Positions 11,026 through 21,237 of a stretch of 64,000 nt of DNA are shown piece after piece. The translations under genes were made by a program, and so were the position numbers. Each line of letters opens with the position of its first letter. Position 1 is the first letter of the stretch. This DNA comes from Marispirochaeta sp. (GTDB lineage Bacteria; Spirochaetota; Spirochaetia; JC444; Marispirochaetaceae). The notes beneath the pieces were generated by a model. It had not been told where the DNA came from and made no database searches. It worked only from the letters and a program-made list of their open reading frames with translations. The stretch lies in contig CAXXFF010000003.1 of NCBI GenBank assembly GCA_963676835.2, forward strand, positions 768,001-832,000, in the 5' to 3' direction.

Positions 11026-12378
11026 TCAGTCCGCCAGTGCAAGACGGAAGTTGGCGATCTCTGCTGCAACGGCTTTCAGGAACTTGGCTCCCGGTGCGCC
11101 GTCTACGGCCCGGTGGTCGATGGTAAGGGACAGGGCAATATGGGGAACAAAATCAACGCCCTCTGCACCCTGAACCGCCTTAAGGTCGATTCCGCCTACT
11201 CCGAGAATTCCTACCTGGGGAGCATTCAGAACCGGAGTAAAGTGTCCTACACCCATGGCACCAAGATTGGAGATGGTGAAGGTACCGCCGGAGAGCTCAT
11301 CGGGAGTTATATTGCCTTCTACACAGGCTTTTCCGAGGCGTTTTGCCTCAGCAGAAATAGCCTTCAGTGAAAGTCTGCTGGCATTGCGGATTACCGGAAC
11401 CATAAGGCCTTTGTCGGTATCAACAGCAAAACCGATGTGTACATCGCCGTACTCGACAATCTTGTCGGGGAACATTTCAGCGTTCATAAAGCTGTAGGCA
11501 GGAAGAACCCGGCTGACAGCGTAGATAACCATATCGTTCAGGGTTACACCGCCCATGCCCATGGTCTCCGGAGCAGCCTTGCACTGTTTGCGGTAGGCCT
11601 GAAGCTCCCGAGCATCGGCAACGGCATTCATGGTCAGCTGTGCAGTGGTCTGCAGAGAAGCGTGCATGCGTTCTGCAATAACCTTGCGAACACCCTTGAG
11701 GGGGATCTCCCGGTTTTCACCGGCGGGAATATCAACAGCGGATACTACTGCAGCCGCTGCGGTTCCAAGATCGGAGGAGAGGATTCTTCCACCGATTCCG
11801 GTTCCCCGTGCGGGAGCGGTAAGACCAGCTGCAATGCCTGCCTTGGCAGCGGGGCTTACTGAAACAGAAGGCTGTGCAGCCAGAACGTCTTTTTCGATAA
11901 TCCGTCCTCCGGGGCCGCTGCCTGCAAGACCGGCAAGGCTTACGCCCTTATCCGCTGCCGCTTTCTTCGCCCGGGGAGATGCAAAAACAGTTCCGTCCGG
12001 AGCTGCTGCCTGAACCGGTGCTGCCGCTGGTGCCGGAGCCGCTGCGGGTGCTGCCTCTGCAGCAGGTGCTGCAGCCGGTGCGGGTGCATCTGCGGGAGCT
12101 GATGCTGCTCCTGCGGGAGCCATGGAGGAAACATCCTCGCCGGCAGTACCTACGGCAGCAATAATAGTAAGAACAGGAACATCATCCCCTTCTTCAAAAA
12201 ACCGTTTAACCAGAACACCATCTGCAGGTGCTTCAATTTCAAAGGTGGCTTTGTCGGTTTCTACTTCACAGACAATATCGCCGGTGGAAACCTGGTCGCC
12301 TTCGTTTTTACGCCATTCCAGGATTACGCATGATTCCACGCTGTTACCCTGGCGGGGCATTAAAATTTCAGTAGCCAT
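11026..12378 (-). CDS. Dihydrolipoamide acyltransferase (E2)
   Basis: Lipoyl domain VETDKATFE, Ala/Pro linker, E3-binding ASPRAKK..GPGGRI, catalytic DHRAVDG. Confidence 0.92.
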   Translation of the reverse strand: MATEILMPRQGNSVESCVILEWRKNEGDQVSTGDIVCEVETDKATFEIEAPADGVLVKRFFEEGDDVPVLTIIAAVGTAGEDVSSMAPAGAASAPADAPAPAAAPAAEAAPAAAPAPAAAPVQAAAPDGTVFASPRAKKAAADKGVSLAGLAGSGPGGRIIEKDVLAAQPSVSVSPAAKAGIAAGLTAPARGTGIGGRILSSDLGTAAAAVVSAVDIPAGENREIPLKGVRKVIAERMHASLQTTAQLTMNAVADARELQAYRKQCKAAPETMGMGGVTLNDMVIYAVSRVLPAYSFMNAEMFPDKIVEYGDVHIGFAVDTDKGLMVPVIRNASRLSLKAISAEAKRLGKACVEGNITPDELSGGTFTISNLGAMGVGHFTPVLNAPQVGILGVGGIDLKAVQGAEGVDFVPHIALSLTIDHRAVDGAPGAKFLKAVAAEIANFRLALAD

Positions 12379-12449
12379 GTATACTCTCCTCTTTGTTCTT
12401 TTCTTTGCATATAATCAAACACAACCGCCGACAAACCTCGGCGGGAAAA

Positions 12450-13205
12450 TCACACTCGTTTAACATCAAGCCCTGCATCGGCAAGACGTGCGGCCACCTC
12501 ATCGGACATGCCCGAATCAGTAATGATCCGGGTATAGCCGGACAGGGGCAGCATGCGCACAAAGCCGGAACGGCCGTACTTGGCGGAATCCGCCACAAGA
12601 AAACATTCAGCAGCCTGCAGAGCCATGCGCTTGTTAACCTCGGCACCCTCCACCAGGTGGGTGCTGCTGCCGTTTTCCAGGCTGAAACCGTCGGTTCCCA
12701 GAAAGGCTTTGCGCACATGGAACTCTTCCAGCTCCCTCAGAGCAATGGGGCCCACCAGGCTCTCTGTGGCAGGCCGGAACTCGCCGCCCACCACGGTAAG
12801 ATGGAGCTGGGGATTCATCCGGGCATAGGGAATAAGCAGGGTGGAATTGGTAACCACATGGAGATCCCGCTTTCCCAGCAGAAACTTTACGATCAGCGCC
12901 GTGGTTGTTCCCGCCTCGATCATGATGGTATCCCCGTCCTGCACCAGGTCTGCAGCCGCCTTGGCGATCCGTACCTTCTCATCGGGACAGGTCCTGTTCC
13001 GCTCCATAATACTGGAATGAAACACCGGCATTGCCCCGCCGTGGGTACGGACAAGAAAACCTTTCTCCTCAAGAGAAGAGAGATCGCTTCTTGCGGTAAC
13101 CCGGGAAACAGAAAGCTCTTCGGCCAGAGCGGCAACACTTACAGAGGCATCCTCCGTAAGCAGGGTTAATATCTGCCGTTCTCTTTCTGATAATCCCGAA
13201 TCCAT
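12450..13205 (-). CDS. DeoR/GlpR family transcriptional regulator
   Basis: VSRVTARSDL..RTHGGA, EAGTTT, VTNS, ADSAKYG. Confidence 0.9.
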   Translation of the reverse strand: MDSGLSERERQILTLLTEDASVSVAALAEELSVSRVTARSDLSSLEEKGFLVRTHGGAMPVFHSSIMERNRTCPDEKVRIAKAAADLVQDGDTIMIEAGTTTALIVKFLLGKRDLHVVTNSTLLIPYARMNPQLHLTVVGGEFRPATESLVGPIALRELEEFHVRKAFLGTDGFSLENGSSTHLVEGAEVNKRMALQAAECFLVADSAKYGRSGFVRMLPLSGYTRIITDSGMSDEVAARLADAGLDVKRV

Positions 13206-13270
13206 ACTGTTCCTTTCTACTCCCTACTACTGTTACAGATTGGAAAACCTGTAAAATACTGTCTAAAAGC

Positions 13271-13320
13271 TTCGCTTTTATCTTCGTATTACTTTCGATT
13301 ATATTTCGTTTCAGTTTCCA
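13271..13320. promoter_or_regulatory. Phased TTCG direct repeats, putative DeoR operator
   Basis: TTCG at 13271, 13283, 13294, 13305 and TTCC at 13316 (spacing 12,11,11,11) upstream of deoR. Confidence 0.5.
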
Positions 13321-13410
13321 TGACAAGTATATTCGCTTTTTTATTGGTTTTCTTACGGCAAAAAGAGGTAAAAAGAAAGACAAAAGGGGAAAATCCTTAT
13401 CCCTGGACAT

Positions 13411-13580
13411 TCGCGGCGGTCTTTCTCCCGACCCTCATCCCCGGCACCTCACTGCAACTTTACTACCGGCACTTATTCCCGACCTTTCGCGGCAAGTTTT
13501 CTTTCGCCCCTCATCCCCGGCCCTCGCGGCCACCTTTCTCCCAACCCTCATCCCCGGCCCTTCTCCCAGAGGGAGAAGGG
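13411..13580. repeat. Four degenerate ~38-bp tandem units ending in a REP-like hairpin
   Basis: Units start at 13411, 13449, 13487, 13524 (tcgcggc..ccctcatccccggc); hairpin cccttctccc-aga-gggagaaggg at 13558-13580. Confidence 0.7.
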
Positions 13581-13790
13581 AGAAAGAAAAAGATGCGTAT
13601 CCCCACTCTCCCTCAGAGAAATGGGGGGGAGTATGAGGAGAAGGGCTGCCGCTGCTTAGATTCATAAAAGTTATTTTCAACACCCGGGACCTGTTCTATA
13701 ATTCCTGCAGAACGATTTCTTTCAGCCTGACCGAACTCGGGGTATACAGTGAAATCTGAATAAAACTATTTCTGCAACGGTGACTAAGAG

Positions 13791-15278
13791 ATGAGAAACA
13801 ACAGATTTCACACTATGAATTATGCACTTGTCATTTTATTAACAGCCCTTGTATTTGCCGGTTGTGCCGGCACTCCTGCCCTATCTTCCAGCTCCCCGGA
13901 TGAAAACATGCAAAAAGCAGAAGCCCCGGCATGGCTGAACAGTCCACCGGCTGAGGAAGGCTATTTCTACGGCATCGGCTGTGGGCTGGATGTCTCTGAA
14001 GCCAGACAAAAATCAATCGTAAATATCGGCCAGCAGTACCGCACCCATATCTACAGTGCCATTGAGAACAGCCTTAAAAGAGGCGACACCTCAGAAAAGG
14101 CGATGCTTGAATCGGTCAATCACCAGATAACCAGCCAGGAGGTGGTTGGTGCCAAAATTTTTGACCAGTACACCGACACTGGAGGAACCTGCTGGGTCTT
14201 AAGCCGGGCACCTCTGGACTGTGCTCTCGATACTGCAGAAGGGGTCATTCTCAGCTACAGCCTGGATATCAAAGAGAAAGCCTTCAACACTGAATCAATC
14301 ATCGAAACACTGGAAGTCAACCTGGAACAGGCAGGGAAGAACTATGAGATATACCTTCAGGATGAATCCGTAAAGATTCCCCCCATGATGATCAGCGTTG
14401 ATGGCAATATTGAGGACTGGGGAACGATCCGGCCTTTTATTTCTGATCCTGTCGGTGATTCCAGTGGAACTGTCGGAGGTACCGACATTGAGGGGATCTA
14501 CTTTGCCCACGACGGGAGTTCATTGTATCTGCGCTATGATCTGGCAGACGGCAGACCTGGAAAGAGCGGTCTTTTCTATGCAGTAGGCCTGAGAGATAAA
14601 AACAGCTCCTGGGAGCGTCTTCTCTTTACTCAGTACAACGGAGGCTGGTCAACCGGCATCGATATGAAAACTGACAACCAGGGGCACCACAAAATGGTTT
14701 CACAGGGAACTCTCAGTTTCCGGGACGGCCATATTGAAGCGGAATACAGCCTGAAGGACCTTGAAATTCCTCCCGGGACTCAAATAGAGGTGCATGCATG
14801 GCTCGACCCCAGCGGGCAGGCGTATGACATGACCGGATCCCGGCAGATGTTGATTGACCCTGAACAGTCCTACTTCGTCTACCAGGGAAGGATTCATGGA
14901 AAGCAGGTTGCAGGTATGAGTTTTTCGCCGAAAGTACAACTTACAGGCGACAGTCATGCCCCTTCCGGGTTGAGTCTATACTCTATAACTAATACCGTGA
15001 TGCTTGTAGACGGTAGTGATGAACGCATTGACCTACGGTTTACTCCGGAGTCACTCAAGGTTGGAGAAACAAACCGTCTTTCTCTGGGCTCCAGAAAATC
15101 GTACTACTTTATTGGAAGCAGTATTATTCAGAAAATTGAAGGGTATAGCGGCAACGAAGCCGCCGGAAATATTTTTCTTGAAAGCTACGACGGCAACCGG
15201 ATCATCGGCAACTTTTCACTTATATCGAACGACAAGAAAAGCATTGTACAGGGGCTGTTTAACGTAGTACTGCCGTGA
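13791..15278 (+). CDS. Lipoprotein, LPP20-like N-domain plus possible carbohydrate-binding beta-sandwich
   Basis: Lipobox FAGC, APAWL..FYGIG, ISVDGNIEDW..DPVGD..DIEGIYFAHD. Confidence 0.6.
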   Translation: MRNNRFHTMNYALVILLTALVFAGCAGTPALSSSSPDENMQKAEAPAWLNSPPAEEGYFYGIGCGLDVSEARQKSIVNIGQQYRTHIYSAIENSLKRGDTSEKAMLESVNHQITSQEVVGAKIFDQYTDTGGTCWVLSRAPLDCALDTAEGVILSYSLDIKEKAFNTESIIETLEVNLEQAGKNYEIYLQDESVKIPPMMISVDGNIEDWGTIRPFISDPVGDSSGTVGGTDIEGIYFAHDGSSLYLRYDLADGRPGKSGLFYAVGLRDKNSSWERLLFTQYNGGWSTGIDMKTDNQGHHKMVSQGTLSFRDGHIEAEYSLKDLEIPPGTQIEVHAWLDPSGQAYDMTGSRQMLIDPEQSYFVYQGRIHGKQVAGMSFSPKVQLTGDSHAPSGLSLYSITNTVMLVDGSDERIDLRFTPESLKVGETNRLSLGSRKSYYFIGSSIIQKIEGYSGNEAAGNIFLESYDGNRIIGNFSLISNDKKSIVQGLFNVVLP

Positions 15279-15284
15279 TCTTCC

Positions 15285-16028
15285 TCAATAAAACCCCAGA
15301 GAAAACATAATCACATCTTCCGGTATCAGGTAGCGGGGTCCGCCCCGCTCCGCACCGGTATAGCCTCCGAATATCCAGCCTTTGCGGCCTTCAGCGTCTT
15401 CCATCAGGACCCAGCAGTCGGTCATGCCGTCTATAGATTCGGTTTCCACCGTGAGCCCCAGGGTGCGGATATTCACCTGGGGATTGTCCGCGGCAGGTTT
15501 CAGCTGAAACAGAACGGTACTGCCCTCAAGGCCTGGAACATCCCGCACATTGAGCACTTCCCAGACAGCAAGCCCCTGCACGAGCTTCCGGACGGTCCAG
15601 CTTTTTCCACCGGCATCAATATGGTCGATAATTGCCCAGGTATCATCCCCATAGGGGTCCCGGTTACTGTAGAGTATCCAGCCGCTTTCTCCGGTATCGC
15701 AGGTAATGCTCAACCAGGCCAGGGTTTTATCTTCAGAAAGATCTGTTCGCACAAAAATACGGTCGATATCGATAAAATCACCCAACTCAAGGGTATGCAC
15801 CTGCTGGGCTCCGGAAAAACCGGGGGAGTTCCAGACGGTACGGTTAACCGAATCCGCAAGATCTCCAATTTCGACCCGCTGAACATATTTGCGAACAATG
15901 ATTTTCTCATTACCCGATTGGGATTCGGAGAAGATGGTGCCGTTGCCGTCGGCGTAATCGGGGGTGTCAGCGAAGAGGATAAAGGCAAAGAAGAGCAGGA
16001 TACAGGCAATAAAAAGCTTGTGATTCAT
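15285..16028 (-). CDS. Secreted hypothetical protein with SH3-like repeats
   Basis: Signal peptide; LNVRDVPGL, two W-x(n)-GWI motifs (GESGWIL, GRKGWIFGGY). Confidence 0.55.
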   Translation of the reverse strand: MNHKLFIACILLFFAFILFADTPDYADGNGTIFSESQSGNEKIIVRKYVQRVEIGDLADSVNRTVWNSPGFSGAQQVHTLELGDFIDIDRIFVRTDLSEDKTLAWLSITCDTGESGWILYSNRDPYGDDTWAIIDHIDAGGKSWTVRKLVQGLAVWEVLNVRDVPGLEGSTVLFQLKPAADNPQVNIRTLGLTVETESIDGMTDCWVLMEDAEGRKGWIFGGYTGAERGGPRYLIPEDVIMFSLGFY

Positions 16029-16185
16029 ACACTATGACCTTTCTGATTATTATTTTCAAATTGGATTTTATCTGTTTGTATTATGATGTGGAATGTGAAA
16101 AACTATATTTCAAATAAAACCTTTTTACCTTTTCGTCGATAGCATCAACCGCAATGCTTCCTATCCTGAAAACCGGAATCGGATA

Positions 16186-16431
16186 TTACTTCATACTGGA
16201 ATGAATCATATAATGCCGCAGGATTCTATTGATACGGGTCTGGTATCCGGGACCGCTGTTCCTGAAGAATTCAATCAAGTCTTCATCAAGCCGGATTGTA
16301 ACGGAAATCTTGTTCGGCTGCTCAATGACTGCATTTTCCCAGAAGCTGTCGTTAAGCTCAGGTATATCACTGTAATCAATTCTCATCTCACCGACATGGT
16401 CGGCATGCTCATTGTTTCTGGATTTGTTCAT
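16186..16431 (-). CDS. brnA: BrnA family antitoxin
   Basis: IDYSDIPEL..VTIRLDEDLIEFFR..GPGYQTRINRILR. Confidence 0.85.
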   Translation of the reverse strand: MNKSRNNEHADHVGEMRIDYSDIPELNDSFWENAVIEQPNKISVTIRLDEDLIEFFRNSGPGYQTRINRILRHYMIHSSMK

Positions 16432-16690
16432 AATACCTCCGGCGTTCACGCTCATTTACCTTTCTGGCTGAAATTATCCGGAACCGTTGTCCTCTGCAGA
16501 TATAAACGGCAACAATCACAGTTCCCGAGGCTATCTCACCGACTGTGAGCCACCGGGTCTCACCATAGTCTCTGCGATCATCCTCAGCTGTCAGGCGAAC
16601 ACTGAAGAACACCTCAATTGCAGTTACGAATGAAATACCGTGCTTCTGAATATTGCTGCGGTTTTTGTTCTCATCCCATTCAAACTGCAT
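16409..16690 (-). CDS. brnT: BrnT family toxin (RNase)
   Basis: FEWDENKNRSNIQKHGISF..DYGETRW..RIISARK. Confidence 0.9.
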   Translation of the reverse strand: MQFEWDENKNRSNIQKHGISFVTAIEVFFSVRLTAEDDRRDYGETRWLTVGEIASGTVIVAVYICRGQRFRIISARKVNERERRRYYEQIQKQ

Positions 16691-16696
16691 TAATAA

Positions 16697-16724
16697 ATTA
16701 TGACAATGTATTTACATTTGTCAA
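16697..16724 (-). promoter_or_regulatory. brnTA promoter with overlapping inverted repeat (autorepression site)
   Basis: TTGACA (16724-16719), CATAAT (16702-16697); tgacaatgta/tacatttgtca imperfect palindrome. Confidence 0.55.
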
Positions 16725-16747
16725 TACTTATTTAACATTAACAATAT

Positions 16748-16885
16748 CTACTCCATCGCCTTCCGCCAGCTGCCGTAGCTGCTGATATCCTCAGCGCCTT
16801 CAAGCCCAAGGGGTTCGGCAAGGAAACCGGCAACCAGGCGTCCGTCTTCAAGCTTTATTTTTCCCAATCCCAGAGGAGGCAGTAT
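16748..16885 (-). pseudogene. C-terminal remnant of allophanate hydrolase (AtzF-like)
   Basis: Manual translation [45 protein letters not shown]; no start codon, in-frame TAA at 16894-16892. Confidence 0.75.
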
Positions 16886-16898
16886 GCAAAATTAAAAA

Positions 16899-17651
16899 TC
16901 ACAAACACCGCGCACCGGCTACAAGGGAAATCATATCATCCTGACTGATTACGGGAAAATCCTTCTGAGTCAGCCATTCAGGCTTAACATAGCCCCATTC
17001 TGCGAGATATCCCTTTACCCGGGGATCATCCAGACGGTAGAGATGGTCTATCTGATCCTCAAAAAGCATTGCGTTCTGCTGTCCTGTGGTTTTCAAAACA
17101 TCTTTAATAAAATCAATCTTTGGACTTTTACCGGAACAGAGGAGCCTCTCCAGGGGCCAGTCTACGCCGTTTGCCAGAAGAATTTCCCTTAAGAAAGGAG
17201 CTTCCTTGGTGGAGAGAACATAACAACCGGGATTCAGGGCCCAGCTTTTAGCCGGTTCTATAAAAGCCGGGAAAACATGGTTAAGGGAGTTCCAGTGATC
17301 CTTATCCGCTTTAAGCAGTGCTTTCCGGGCATCATAAAACATAGTGTGAAATTCATCGGCCAGGTCACCAAGGGAGGCTTCCACCGCATCAAAATCATCC
17401 TGCTTATGCAGGGAAATCTTCTCATGAACGCAGTGCTGCAGAATCACATAATCTCCGCCCCTGCGGATAAGAGGACGGTAGGTATCAAAAAGCTGCCGAC
17501 CGGCGAGCTGCATAAAAGATGGATTGCTTTTTTTATACAGCTGATGATACGCAATCCAGGAGCTTACAAAACACTCAGTCAGGGAATCACAGAACACCCC
17601 GTCAAAATCAATAAAAGCCAGCATCGATGCCTTACCTTGCAAATTATCCAT
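16899..17651 (-). CDS. HAD superfamily hydrolase
   Basis: FIDFDGVFCDS, LSTKE, FEDQ, LAEWGY; start chosen from promoter spacing. Confidence 0.75.
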   Translation of the reverse strand: MDNLQGKASMLAFIDFDGVFCDSLTECFVSSWIAYHQLYKKSNPSFMQLAGRQLFDTYRPLIRRGGDYVILQHCVHEKISLHKQDDFDAVEASLGDLADEFHTMFYDARKALLKADKDHWNSLNHVFPAFIEPAKSWALNPGCYVLSTKEAPFLREILLANGVDWPLERLLCSGKSPKIDFIKDVLKTTGQQNAMLFEDQIDHLYRLDDPRVKGYLAEWGYVKPEWLTQKDFPVISQDDMISLVAGARCL

Positions 17652-17723
17652 GGTCATATTATACAGAGTAGATGCCCTCTGCGAACAGAGAGTGAACTTC
17701 TTTTCAGCGGGCCGGATAGAAAT

Positions 17724-18767
17724 ATGCAAGAAAAGATAGAGAAAGAATTGATCCTCGCTGGCGATATAGGCGGTACAAATGCCAATTTTGCCATCGTCCA
17801 GCGCAGTAATGAGGGTTTTACCATCCTGAGGGAAACCGTGGTTCCCAGTGATACCATTGATGATTTCACCCGGACAAGCAGTAAAGCAGCTGCTTCTCTT
17901 ACCGGAAAATCGGAAACCATCGCGCGCTGCTGCATCTGTGCAGCCGGAGCAGTAAAAGATAACAGCTGCACTATGACCAACCAGAGCTGGAAGGTCGACG
18001 GCACAGCTATCGGTTCTGCTCTTGAAGTCCCCACCATTGTAATAAATGACTTCCTGGCTTTAAGTTATTCCCTGCCCCTGCTAAATGTACATAACCCGGA
18101 GCAGATAATGCCCCTGCCCCATACCGACGGTTCACTGCCTGAACCACGGGGAGGCAGTTATGCCGTTATCGGTGCCGGGACCGGACTGGGAGTCGCTCAT
18201 TTGATTCATACCGGAAGCGGGTACGTGGCAGTCCCATCAGAAGGAGGACATGTCGATTTTCCCGCCTATGATGCAGAAACACGGGAGCTTGCTGAATTTC
18301 TTACCCGGAAATACGCCGGCTGGCCCGGCACCGAGTGCGTACTCTCCGGACAGGGGATCAGCAATATATATGACTGGATCAGAACCACGGTGAGCGGCAC
18401 CGGAGATGAAATTCTGCAGAAGATAGACCAGCTGCCGCCGAAAAAGCGGCCTGCGTTAATCTCCAAAAATGCTGATACCAATCTTCATTGCGGCAGGGTT
18501 ATGCAGCTTTTTACCCGGATATACGGCCAGTTTGCAGGAAACACTTCCCTTAATTTTCTGCCCGAAGCCGGACTCTTTCTTGCAGGTGGAATTGCCCAGA
18601 AGAATATAGGACACCTGCTGAAGGAAAACAGCTTTATGAAATATTTCGAGAACAACTACAACCCGAAAATGAAAGAGATTCAGCATCGGATACCTGTGTA
18701 TCTTATAAAGGATTACAGCGTATCCCTGCTTGGCGCCGCCCACGCCGCGGCGATACTTACCCCATAA
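17724..18767 (+). CDS. glk: Glucokinase
   Basis: LAGDIGGTNA, INDF, GAGTGLG, SEGGH, LAGGIA; true start lies inside the longer tracked ORF. Confidence 0.9.
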   Translation: MQEKIEKELILAGDIGGTNANFAIVQRSNEGFTILRETVVPSDTIDDFTRTSSKAAASLTGKSETIARCCICAAGAVKDNSCTMTNQSWKVDGTAIGSALEVPTIVINDFLALSYSLPLLNVHNPEQIMPLPHTDGSLPEPRGGSYAVIGAGTGLGVAHLIHTGSGYVAVPSEGGHVDFPAYDAETRELAEFLTRKYAGWPGTECVLSGQGISNIYDWIRTTVSGTGDEILQKIDQLPPKKRPALISKNADTNLHCGRVMQLFTRIYGQFAGNTSLNFLPEAGLFLAGGIAQKNIGHLLKENSFMKYFENNYNPKMKEIQHRIPVYLIKDYSVSLLGAAHAAAILTP

Positions 18768-18791
18768 CTACTACTGAATAACGAGGCTTGC

Positions 18792-19613
18792 ATGTTTATA
18801 CCGGACTGGCGCTGGACACAAAAAGAAGATATTCCCAACGAGGGCTGGACTCTGCTTATTCGGGAAAAGGAAATACTTTTCAAGGCATCTGCAGATACTC
18901 AGGAAGCCCTGGAAGCAGGCAGCCCTCTTATTCCTCTGGACAGGCTTCCCCTCCCGGCGGACAGTTTTCGCCTGGGGATATACCGCGAACGCCCTTTGTT
19001 TATCAGAACAATAGAGGAAATCCCTGAAGGGATGGTACAGGTTCCCATGCGGCCCGCTCTCGGTCTGTTCGAGCCGGAAATGCTGAAAGCGGTCATGCTG
19101 GGCAATCACCTGCTTAACTGGGAGAACACTTCGCAGTTCTGCGGCCGCTGCGGAGGAAAAAACAGCTTCCATCATCATGAAAAGGCAAGACATTGTCCGG
19201 ACTGCGGAATGCTTACCTTCCCGAGGCTCTCCCCGGCGGTAATAACCGCAGTAACCAAAGGCCGCAAACTACTGCTGGCCCACAACCGCAACTTCCCCGC
19301 CCCGGTCTACAGCCTTATTGCAGGATTTGTCGATGCCGGAGAAACCCTGGAAGAGACAGTCCGCAGGGAAATCAGGGAAGAGGTCGGTATTGAGGTGAAA
19401 AACATCCGCTATTTTGCCAGTCAGCCCTGGCCTTTTCCAGACTCTCTCATGCTGGGATTTACCGCTGAGTGGGAGTCCGGCGAAATAGAGCCCGATGGAA
19501 TAGAGATTGAAGATGCCGGATGGTTTACCCCCGAAGAACATCCCCAGCTGCCGGGACTTGGCAGTATTGCCCGCAGAATTATCGGCCAGCTGTTTTCTGA
19601 ATGGGACGTTTAA
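18792..19613 (+). CDS. nudC: NAD(+) diphosphatase
   Basis: FCGRCG..CPDCG zinc finger, AGFVDAGETLEETVRREIREEVG, SQPWPFP. Confidence 0.93.
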   Translation: MFIPDWRWTQKEDIPNEGWTLLIREKEILFKASADTQEALEAGSPLIPLDRLPLPADSFRLGIYRERPLFIRTIEEIPEGMVQVPMRPALGLFEPEMLKAVMLGNHLLNWENTSQFCGRCGGKNSFHHHEKARHCPDCGMLTFPRLSPAVITAVTKGRKLLLAHNRNFPAPVYSLIAGFVDAGETLEETVRREIREEVGIEVKNIRYFASQPWPFPDSLMLGFTAEWESGEIEPDGIEIEDAGWFTPEEHPQLPGLGSIARRIIGQLFSEWDV

Positions 19614-19638
19614 TAAGTCTGAATAGAAACAACTGAGA

Positions 19639-21237
19639 ATGGATATAAAAGGAGAAAGAATGGATACAGCAGAACTGAATAAGCTGATGTCGGATTTCGG
19701 CATAGATGCAGAACTAACCCTGGAAATTCTGGAAAGATTCAACGCCGGGGATTTTGATAATCAGCCAGAGGTGGAAGTAAAGGAAATTCCCGGTATCGAC
19801 GGCTCCAGTGTTATAGATATGAACCATGCCGCCTGGGTAATGGATGCTTCCGAGGCGAATAAAAAATTAAAAGAGCTCTCAATCAGCCTGCCCTTAACGG
19901 TGTTTGCAGAAATAGAGGGCAACACAGCAACCTTTTCTTACCGGGGTCTTACGGCTCTGGGTTACCTTCTCTACCCGAAGACCGCCTACGGAGTTCTTAA
20001 TGGCGGATCCGCCACAAGCTATGTGGATGCCAAAAAAAACCGCGGGTTTTCCGAAAAGCTGATGGAACTCTGTAAAGAGAGTTTTGACACCATTGCCAAT
20101 ATGGCAAAGGGCCGTGCCAAGGGAATTACACCGGCCTGCATAAATCCCGACGGAACTGCCGGCCCGGATTATATGGAATTGAAGTTCCGGGGCATGCTTA
20201 TCAGAGAACTGATCTACCGGGAGTTCACCGGTACCAATACTTCTGCCGGCCCTGCTGTTTTTCAGATGACCAGCGTCAATAATAACGACGAGGTTCTTGA
20301 AGCCTATAAAGAATACCGTAACAGTCCCTTTCTTAAAGATCTGATCGACGAGATCGGCACCGATATGACTGACTGCAAAACCGGTATCCAGCCCATGATC
20401 GGCGCCTTTACCCACAGTAAAGAAGGACGCCCCCGGCAGGTATTTCCGGGTAAAGACGGCAAGACACCTCTGCCGCTCCCCGGAGGACATGGTCAGAATT
20501 TCGCCGTTCTCAAGGATATCTACACCAGCCTGCACAAAGAAGGTAAATCCTTTGCCTATCTCGGCAATGTTGACAATCTGGCAAACCTGCCCAACCCGGC
20601 AGGCGTCGCTCTCATGGCCCTGAGCGGCAAAGAGGCGGCCTTTGAGTTCTCCTTTAAAACACCGGTGGATATAAAAGGCGGTATTCTGATACGGGATACC
20701 CGTGGCAGCCTCAACTGCGGCGATATCGGGCCTGCAATCAGCAAGGAGGATGTAGCCGCCGCAGAGAACAGCGGCAAGCCGATCCTGTTCAACTGTGCCA
20801 CCGGGCTGTTTAACCTTGACTATCTATCAGAACAGCTGCCCCATATTATCCGCAACCTGCCTACCCGCTTTTCCGACCAGGACAAGGATGCCGGACTCTA
20901 CTCACAGGCAGAACAGGTAACCTGGGAAGTAATCGGTATGCTGAATGACTTCTTTATTTTCGGTGTAGACAAGTATGAACGCTTTATTGCAGCAAAACTG
21001 CTGCTGGAAAGCTTCCTGGCTAACGGAATTGCCCTGGATCATCCTGATTTTCCCAGGGATCCGGATCCAGCCAGAGACATCTACACCATCGGGAAAAAAC
21101 TTCAGGCAGGCCTTGAAAAACTCTTCCGGGAAGAGTACGGCCTTAAACTGGAAGGAACAAAATGGCAGCCTAAATCCGTGAAAGAACTGAAAGATGACGC
21201 CCGTGACCTGGGCAGAAAACTTGGAGTATTAAAGTAA
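19639..21237 (+). CDS. UTP--glucose-1-phosphate uridylyltransferase-like (UDPGP/PF01704-type)
   Basis: [34 protein letters not shown]; start may be 19660. Confidence 0.75.
   Translation: MDIKGERMDTAELNKLMSDFGIDAELTLEILERFNAGDFDNQPEVEVKEIPGIDGSSVIDMNHAAWVMDASEANKKLKELSISLPLTVFAEIEGNTATFSYRGLTALGYLLYPKTAYGVLNGGSATSYVDAKKNRGFSEKLMELCKESFDTIANMAKGRAKGITPACINPDGTAGPDYMELKFRGMLIRELIYREFTGTNTSAGPAVFQMTSVNNNDEVLEAYKEYRNSPFLKDLIDEIGTDMTDCKTGIQPMIGAFTHSKEGRPRQVFPGKDGKTPLPLPGGHGQNFAVLKDIYTSLHKEGKSFAYLGNVDNLANLPNPAGVALMALSGKEAAFEFSFKTPVDIKGGILIRDTRGSLNCGDIGPAISKEDVAAAENSGKPILFNCATGLFNLDYLSEQLPHIIRNLPTRFSDQDKDAGLYSQAEQVTWEVIGMLNDFFIFGVDKYERFIAAKLLLESFLANGIALDHPDFPRDPDPARDIYTIGKKLQAGLEKLFREEYGLKLEGTKWQPKSVKELKDDARDLGRKLGVLK

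Noticed and set aside
11990..12125. gctgc/gcagc-rich repeats
   Set aside because: Ala/Pro linker of the E2 subunit
13320..13683. ORFs 13320-13667 (+) and 13435-13683 (-)
   Set aside because: Read through the tandem/REP repeat region; low-complexity Pro/Gly-rich translations
17277..17723. N-terminal extension of glucokinase (496-aa ORF)
   Set aside because: Overlaps the divergent HAD gene; Glk motifs begin just after ATG 17724
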